NCBI GenBank assembly: GCA_951406725.2
Contig: OX597826.1
Coordinates: forward strand, 63,240,001-63,304,000
DNA from: Octopus vulgaris
Lineage: Eukaryota
Length of the DNA: 64,000 nt
Direction of reading: 5' to 3'
The notes below the pieces were generated by a model that saw only the letters and a list, made by a program, of their open reading frames with translations, had not been told where the DNA came from and made no database searches. A program made the translations under genes and the position numbers. Each line of letters opens with the position of its first letter. Position 1 is the stretch's first letter. Below are positions 55,736 through 64,000 of the stretch, piece after piece.

Positions 55736-56823
55736 AAAACCTATTGTGCATCATTACGGTAGAGGCCGAACTATGCAGAACAGAATTTCCTCAATACTAA
55801 GTCTTTTTACTAGGGATTGTTTTATATAGCTATGGAACGGAACGATGAAACTCAACTTTGTAAATTGATGAAATTGTACAACTTAGATCACTTCTGTCTC
55901 ATATTGCATTTCTTTCCTTTTAACACGATTTTTTAGCTAACGTGGTCAAGGGGATTCACTGATTCCCTTAGCATTATGTGACACGAGGCGTTTGCTACTT
56001 TAAGCTACTCAACAAGTGATGTTAAAGATAGCTGGAGATTTACTATCCAATAATTGTAAAGCATTGCTGGACTCCAAATTACTCTTGTACCGGTCCTATA
56101 CTGGATTCAATTTTCTCTTTCCCATCAAACTTTTTGTATCTGTCGGTCTGATTGTCTCCCTTACTGGAAGATATCTCAGATCTGGAGAGGAATCGGCTGC
56201 GCAAGAACTAAAAAGAATCAAGACACGCTGTATTTGACGACGATACGTTACGACTTCATCAAGGTGTTGAAGGCCTGGTCTAAGAATCAAGGTGTGTGAG
56301 CGTGTGTATGTGTGTGTGTGCGCGTGCGCGCGTGTGTACGTGTGTGTGTGTGTGTATTTATTTGAGTAGACACATGAAAGAAAGTGACCCCCAACACATT
56401 TGATAGAAATTACATGTTTAATAACAGTTTGACTCAGATCCACGCACCTCAAACCTTTTAGACTAGTATATATTTTTAACACGTTCCTGTTCACTCGATC
56501 GTGAATAGCATTTGCGTAGATATTGTCTCAGAGAAATTTTCCCTATACGAGACTCGTAGACTTTGTGTGTAAAGACAAATGCAACTCCAAGACAATGTTT
56601 CGGCATGATTTCGTCTCTTCGGTGATGACCTTGATAGTATAAATCCGGTAGTCTGCCGATATCATTTGGAAATTCATGTGTCTTTAAATACAAAGTGCGT
56701 AAGGAAAATTTTGTTCTCCGTGACAAAATCCTGCATCCAACAGCATTGCCGTTCGAGTGTGCAGGAATGTGTTAAAAATAAATGAATACATCATATACAT
56801 ACGTACATTCATACATACATGCA

Positions 56824-56877
<54 letters not shown>

Positions 56878-56879
<2 letters not shown>

Positions 56880-57130
56880 CGGAGGCACGTGGCTTAGTGG
56901 TTAGGGTGTCAGCATCATGATCGTAAGATAGTGACTTCGATTCCTCTGGACCGGGCGACGCGTTGTGTTCTTGAGCAAAGCACTTCATTTCACGTTGCTC
57001 CAGTCACTCAGCTGGCAAAAATGAGTAACGCTGCAATGGACTGGCGTCCCGTCCAGCTTGGGAACACATACGCCATTGAAACCGGGAAACCGGGCCCATG
57101 AGCCTGGCTAGGTTTTAAAAGGGCGCATTT
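56878..57130 (+). mobile_element. SINE family D
   Basis: GGAGGCACGTGGCTTAGTGGTTAGGG head; GATGGACTGGCGTCCCGTCCAG-like segment; CCTGGCTAGG tail. Confidence 0.85.
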
Positions 57131-57142
57131 ATTTTTTTATTT

Positions 57143-57197
<55 letters not shown>

Positions 57198-57214
57198 ATA
57201 CATACATATATAGT

Positions 57215-57989
57215 CTTAACGTTTTAGCTAACGTCTACTGTTTACAGCAGTGTTTGGAAGGAACGTGTGTAGCGTGTGATCGTCGCATTGATAATGACAG
57301 AGAAAGCTGAGCAGAGAATCTCTATCAAATATTGCCAAAAGCATGGTGATACCTTCTCAGAGGCCTACGCAAAGTTTTCAAAAGTTTTCATCGTTCTCGA
57401 TACAATAAAGGAGATCTTGTGCAACTGAAACCCGAATGTCTTTTTGGTCTGCTGAAAGCAGCTTTGATATATACTTGGTAGACACGCGTCTCATACCCAA
57501 ATCTTTAGTGGTAATGGACTGAACTGAACCATAACTAATCTGCATATCTGATAACTCACGGATGGTGATTCAACGATTTCCCCTCACAGCTGCATGCACA
57601 TCTGTGATGTATTTCTCAGTTCTGCTGGTTGCAGGTCTTCCAGAACGTTCGTCAATATCGACATTTTTCGGCAATCTTGGAAACGTCTGAACCATTCGTA
57701 CACTTGCATGCGACGCATACACTCCTCTCCATTCACTTTCTGCAAACTTACATAGGCCTCTGAGCAGGTATCGCCATGACAACTTTCTCTGTCATGGTCA
57801 ATACGACGATCACATGCTACACACCTTCCTTCTAAGCCTTGCTGTAAACAGCGGATGTGAACTAGAACGATAAAACTTAGTGTGCATGCACAGCAGAGTT
57901 TATGTCAACCTGTGCTGAGCGGCTTCCCTCTGTGTGCCTTAGCTTCGTTACTATGGCAACAACAGTCCGGATACTTATTGATCAGACCT
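57215..57989 (-). mobile_element. Mariner remnant made of two convergent 5' halves
   Basis: On -: TIR-like AGGTCTGATCAATAAGTATCCGGAC and VYEWFRRF...DERSGRPATS. On +: MTEKAEQRISIKYCQKHGDTFSEAY. Arms 57236-57306 and 57783-57853 are inverted. Confidence 0.8.
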
Positions 57990-58277
57990 TAAATATATAT
58001 AGATATGCACATACGCATATATACATACATATTATTATAGCATATATCCCCATCCACATACCCTCTCTGTTTCTATAGCTCACCTCGATCGTCATTTGCT
58101 TAATTCTTCCACTAATATCCATCTCTCTTACTTTCTCTTCCCTGCTATCTCTCTATCTATCCTTGTCTATCTCTCTCTCTCTTTCTCTCCCTCTCTCTAT
58201 CTCTATCTATCTCTATCTATCTACCTATCTCTTCGATGTTCCAACGGTAGTAGAGTAGAGTAAGAGAAGAAAAACTT

Positions 58278-58742
58278 CGAAGAAGAAGAAGAAGAAGAGG
58301 AGGAGGGGGAGGAGGAACAAGAAGAAGAAGAACAACAACAACAACAAGAAGAAGAGAAGAAGAAGAAGAAGAAGAAGAAGAATAGGAGGAGAAGGAGGAG
58401 GAGGAGGAGGAGGAACAAGAAGAAAAAGAAGAAGAAGAAGAAGAAGAAGAAGAACAACAACAACAACAGCAACAACTAGAAGAAGAAGAAGAAGAAGAAG
58501 AAGAAGAAGAAGAAGAAGAAGAAGAGGAAGGGGAAGAAGAAGAAGAAGAAGAAGAAGAAGAAGAAGAAGAAGAAGAAGAAGAAGAAGAAGAAGGGGAAGA
58601 AGAAGGGGAAGAAGAAGAAGAAGAAGAAGAAGAAGAAGAAGAAGAAGAAGAAGAAGAAGAAGAAGAAGAAGAAGAAGAAGAAGAAGAAGAAGAAGAAGAA
58701 GAAGAAGAAGACGAAGAAGAAGAAGACGAAGAAGAAGAAGAA
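58278..58742. repeat. (GAA)n-rich polypurine tract
   Basis: Directly visible. Confidence 0.95.
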
Positions 58743-59184
58743 GTGGTGATGGTGGTGGTGGGGCGCGAGGGAGAAATCAATAGCATTAGGCGGAACTGGA
58801 AACTAACGGGGAGTGTCACCTTCTGTGTGTAATGACTAACTACGCGCCATACCTTACTCCCTCTAATACGCGGTGCAAACAACGCGAATCATTAAAAAGC
58901 GGAACAGCTGAAACGCATACCCATACAAACCTGCGCACGCATATACATACATACATAGCTGAATGCATAACTGGAAGTAAAACACACAAGCAGACGTGCA
59001 AATACAATACATACAAACATAGAAGCGGGACCTACATATACATATACAGACGGCATACATATACAGACCGCTTAAACAGACAGGTACCATATACTTACAA
59101 ACACAAGCAAAGAAATATAAAGCGATGGAAAGCATGCATGTGCAAGTGTGAGTGTGTGTATGACACTATATTTAAGTGTATATT

Positions 59185-59416
59185 AAGGCGGCGAGCTGGC
59201 AGAAACGTTAGCACGCCGGGCGAAATGCGTAGCCGTATTTCGTCTGCCGTTACGTTCTGAGTTCAAATTCCGCCGAGGTCAACTTTGCCTTTCATCCTTT
59301 CGGGGTCGATTAAATAAGTACCAGTTACACACTGGGGTCGATATAATCGACTTAATCCGTTTGTCTGTCCTTGCTTGTCCTCTCTGCGTTTAGCCCCTTG
59401 TGGGTAGTAAAGAAAT
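59185..59416 (+). mobile_element. SINE family A, full length
   Basis: Flanking duplication TATATTTAAGTGT. Confidence 0.88.
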
Positions 59417-59489
59417 ATATATTTAAGTGTGTGAATGAATATATGTGTGAGAGCATGTATTTTTTGTATATATATATATATATATATAT

Positions 59490-59836
59490 GACGTAGGAGT
59501 GGCTGTGTGGCGAGTAGCTTGCTTACGAACTGCACGGTTTCGGGTTCAGTCCCACTGCGTGGCACCTTGGGCAAGTGTCTTCTACTATAGCCTCGGGCCG
59601 ACCAAAGCCTTGTGAGTGTGTGTGTGTGTAGTATATGCAAATACCAATAAAAGATACAAAACATACTACACACACGCACATAACATGCATACCATACAAG
59701 ACACACACACACACACACAACGTACAAGACATGTAAACACAAACACAAAGAACGAAGTACACGTATATGAACACACACAAAATATAAACAATACACACAC
59801 ACACACACATAATTACAGATACAGATACAGAAATAA

Positions 59837-59873
<37 letters not shown>

Positions 59874-60105
59874 CTCTTTTTACCCTTTTACTTGTTTCAG
59901 TCATGGAACTGCGGCCATACTGGAGCACCGCCTTTAGCCGAGCAAATCGACCCCAGGACTTATTCTTTGTAAGCCTATCGGTGTCTTTTGCCGAACCGCT
60001 AAGTTACGGGGCGTAAACACACCAGCAAAGGTTGTCAAGCGATGTTGGGGGGGACAAACACAGACACACAAACATATACACACACATACATACATATATA
60101 CGACG
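59490..60105. mobile_element. Two partial family B SINEs in opposite orientation around a (CA)-rich tract
   Basis: 5' half on + (59490-59620); 3' half on - (59874-60105). Confidence 0.7.
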
Positions 60106-60481
60106 GTTTTTTGCTCTCTAATTCACACGTTTCACGCCAATAATAACCGTTTTCTATTAGTGGGGTTACTGGGATACGGAACTCTTTCTTGAATAATGCT
60201 GCTTGTTTTTAATTGAAAGAAATGATCATTACAATAGGCAGGTGACGTTCGCCAGTACCAACTGATTCATTACGACTAAATTTGCCTAAACATTCCTACC
60301 AGTAATCAATTGGGAACCACAGAAACAGAGACATAACTGAAATCAAAAACCGGTAATGTTAAAACGCCAACCTAGGAAACACATTAACATTAAGACCGCA
60401 AAGAAATATCTCCGCCATTGAAAAACCTTTTCTTGAATCTGATATGCCAGTGCATCTTTTATGCCACCTAATACGGTAGTT

Positions 60482-60865
60482 GTGGAGGCGCAATGGCCCA
60501 GTGGTTAGGGCAGCGGACTCGCGGTCATAGGATCGCGGTTTCGATTCCCAGACCGGGCGTTGTGAGTGTTTATTGAGCAAAAACACCTAAAGCTCTACGA
60601 GGCTCCGGCAGGGATGGTGGTGATCCCTGCTGTACTCTTTCACCACAACTTTCTCTCACTCTTACTTCCTGTTTCTGTTGTACCTGTATTTCAAAAGGCC
60701 GGCCTTGTCACTCTCTATGTCACGCTGAATATCCCCGAGAACTACGTTAAGGGTACACGTGTCTGTGGAGTGCTCAGCCACTTTAAACGTTAATTTCACG
60801 AGCAGGCTGTTCCGTTGATTCGGATCAACCGGAACCCTCGTCGTCTTAACCGACGGAGTGCTTCC
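60482..60865 (+). mobile_element. SINE family C, long-tail variant, 12-bp TSD
   Basis: TSD AATACGGTAGTT at 60470-60481 and 60866-60877. Confidence 0.88.
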
Positions 60866-61314
60866 AATACGGTAGTTACGGTTAAACAGCAAAATATAGT
60901 TTCCGATTTAGACACAGAGCCAGCAATTTTTGAAGAAGAAAAGGATGTTAGTCGTTTCCATTGCCCCCCAGTGCTTCACCCGGCACTTTATTTTATCGAC
61001 TCCCAAAGGATGAAATACGAATTTGACCTCAGCGGTTTTTGAAACAGCAAATACCGCAAGGTAATGTTTCTTCCCGACGTTCTAACGATTCTGTCAGCGA
61101 GCCACCATGAATTTGGCAGCAAAATAATAAAGCGCTAATGAAGCTGAAAAGTTGGTCAGTTGTAAAGTTGAAAGGATGAAGTGTAAAGGAATATATATAT
61201 ATATATATATACATATCTCTACACCACAGTTTCTCTATAATTCTTTATATTGAGAGATTTTTGCCTCTCTATTGAACGCTTCTATATGCATGTATGAACG
61301 CGTATATATGTATG

Positions 61315-61454
<140 letters not shown>

Positions 61455-61535
61455 GAGAAACAGGAGGATATATATACACAGAAATACTACCTTAATGCAT
61501 ACACATTTATGTATGTATATACATATATATGCATG

Positions 61536-61604
<69 letters not shown>

Positions 61605-62012
61605 CTTTCTCTATATATATACGTATATATCATATATATGTGTGTGTGTGAGTGTGTATGTGTGTGTGTGAGTGTGTATGTGTGTGCGCGCGCGTGCATA
61701 TGTATACATGTGTGTGTGTGTGTGTGTAGGCATGTATATATATATATATATATATATGTGCATACATACACGTAAGCATACATACAGACAGAGCGAGAAA
61801 GGCAAGTCAGACTGTCTAACATACGAACAGCTACAAACATATAAAGACAGCCAGAGGAAAATCTTGATGGCAAGAGACAGAAGAAGGTAAAATGAAACAT
61901 AGATTGATAGGGAGAAATAGACAAATAAGGAAGAAGAGAGAGAGAGAGATGGAGTGAACCAACAGAAGGAGGAAGTAACGTGGAGAATGAAGAAGTTATG
62001 CTTTGATTTGTC

Positions 62013-62085
<73 letters not shown>

Positions 62086-62394
62086 GTGGAGGCGCAATGG
62101 TCTAGTGGTTAGGGCAGCGGACTCGCGGTCGTAGGATCGCGGTTTCGATTCCCAGACCGGGCGTTGTGAGTGTTTATTGAGCGAAAACACCTGTAAAGCT
62201 CCACGAGGCTCCGGCAGGGGGTACTGGTGATCCTTGTTGTACTCTTTCACCACTATTTCTCCCACTCTTTCTTCTGTTGGCCTGCTCGTTTAGCCAGCGG
62301 GGTGGCGTCATTCGAAGGCTAAAACAATGCGAACCCATTGTGACCAGCGATGTGTAACTACATCTGATGGACTGGTCAGTCACGGGATCACGTG
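62086..62394 (+). mobile_element. SINE family C inserted in (TTA)n
   Basis: Family C head and GATCACGTG tail. Confidence 0.85.
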
Positions 62395-62413
62395 CTTATT
62401 ATTATTATTATTA

Positions 62414-62969
62414 TTGAGTGAGAGAGCAGTTCATGCCATCAAAGTGACACTGGGGTAAAATATACGAAGCCCAATATACCCATCATGACTACCCGTCTGA
62501 TAAAGGTACACCAGGCACATGCATCACAACCATATGTGCGCGACATGGTGATCTCATATCAAGATAAACAGCACATGACCTTGCAGGTGGGGCCCAGTTA
62601 TAATTTTCTTCAGGTTGAGTAGCCCATCCCGCTCTAAAGGTCCCTGAATAAGGGTTGTTTAAGGATGTTGAAAGAACCACCCATGTTTCCAGAGGTGAAC
62701 TATTCAAACCCCAAAGAATCCCTCTCAACACATGGCTATGATGCTCCCCCACTACTTCTTCTCGTGATCAGAGATGCACATATCGTCAGCCACTAAGGGA
62801 CATGCTCAACTGGTTAAGGTCAAACAACTGACAAGCAAATCTGTGGTATTGAGCAGAATATTTGCTGTAGCCCATCTTTTATACCAAGACAAAACAATGT
62901 ACATGATAACACTTCCAATCAGTTAAGATCAGAAGCCATGAGAGCCTCTGCCTGGTACTGCATCAGGGC

Positions 62970-62973
<4 letters not shown>
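62414..62973. mobile_element. Second copy of the ~550-bp repeat, (TTA)n on both sides
   Basis: Reverse complement of 39757-40290. Confidence 0.8.
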
Positions 62974-63027
<54 letters not shown>

Positions 63028-63028
<1 letters not shown>

Positions 63029-63229
63029 GGTGGCGAGCTGGCAGAATCGTTAGCACGCCGGGCAAAATGCTTAGCGGTATTTCGTCCGTCGTTACGTCCC
63101 GAGTTCAAATTCCGCCGAGGTCGACTTTGCCTTTCATCGTTTAGAGGTCGATAAATTAAGTACCAGTTACATTGGGGTCGTTGTGATCGACATATACCCT
63201 CTCCCAAAATGGCTGCCCTTGTGGCAAAA

Positions 63230-63268
<39 letters not shown>

Positions 63269-63723
63269 CATCATCATCATCCTTATTCTGTAAAAAGACA
63301 ATAATTTAGGGTGGATAAGAGATAGGAAATATCCAATATCATCATTTTTATTATCTGCAGTTTCGTTTTTGTCGTTGACTTAGTCATTATCATCATCATT
63401 GTCATCGTCGTTTCGTCATCATTATCAGCATCATTCTCATCATCATGAGCATCATCAACAATAGCAACAACAATAATACATAGACATAACCTATTTCTTT
63501 ATTACCAACAAGGGGCTAAACACAGAGGGGACAAACAAGGACAGACATAGGTATTAAGTCGATTACATCGACCCCAGTGCGTAACTGGTACTTAATTTAT
63601 CGACCCCGAAAGGATGAAAGGCAAAGTCGTCCTCGGCGGAATTTGGACTCAGAACGTAACGACAGACGAAATACGGCTACGCATTTCGCCCGGCGTGCTA
63701 ACGATTCTGCCATCTCGCCGCCT
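63028..63723. mobile_element. Two family A SINEs (63028-63232 on +; 63490-63723 on -)
   Basis: Match to 59185-59416; the second is flanked by CATAACC. Confidence 0.82.
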
Positions 63724-64000
63724 CATAACCGACTACAGCAACAACAACATCAGCAACATCACCGAGGTCGAACATTCTGTCGAAGTCAGTTATTTTAAAA
63801 GTCACATACAACTCATCCACAGCATTCGCAACACTCATACAGGGACAGGATAAAGCAAAATATCACACCAACATAGTTAGCACAACCACAGACACTTGGA
63901 ACCTGATGCAATCACAGGTACAACCACATGTACCACATTTGGCCAACAAAGCAGGAGTTACTGTGTGGTAAGTAGCTTGCTTACCAACCACATGGTTCTG

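Noticed and set aside
60482-60560. tRNA-like sequences with A/B boxes
   Set aside because: These are SINE heads continuing into SINE bodies with TSDs, not tRNA genes.

Overview
AT-rich, microsatellite-saturated animal genomic DNA. The tRNA-derived SINE repertoire and the (TA)n/(CA)n/(TACA)n/(TAA)n load are most consistent with an octopus (coleoid cephalopod) genome; this is inference, no search was run. I can support no intact protein-coding gene, and almost the whole ORF track is translated microsatellite. The window holds at least four modular tRNA-SINE families, decayed R4/Dong-like (RLE) LINE fragments often next to (TAA)n, Tc1/mariner remnants (including a DD37D maT-type transposase), MITEs and non-autonomous Helitrons. 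The main hidden signal is about 19 hammerhead-ribozyme (HHR)-like motifs carried by several short non-coding repeat families of Penelope-like/retrozyme-like character, often (TA)n-flanked. Several of these form tandem dimers or head-to-head palindromes. Two copies (22645-22707 on +, 41094-41154 on -) have the three HHR strands in a non-circularly permuted order, supported by compensatory base changes between the copies. A few weak minus-strand exon candidates suggest the region could be intronic in a large gene.
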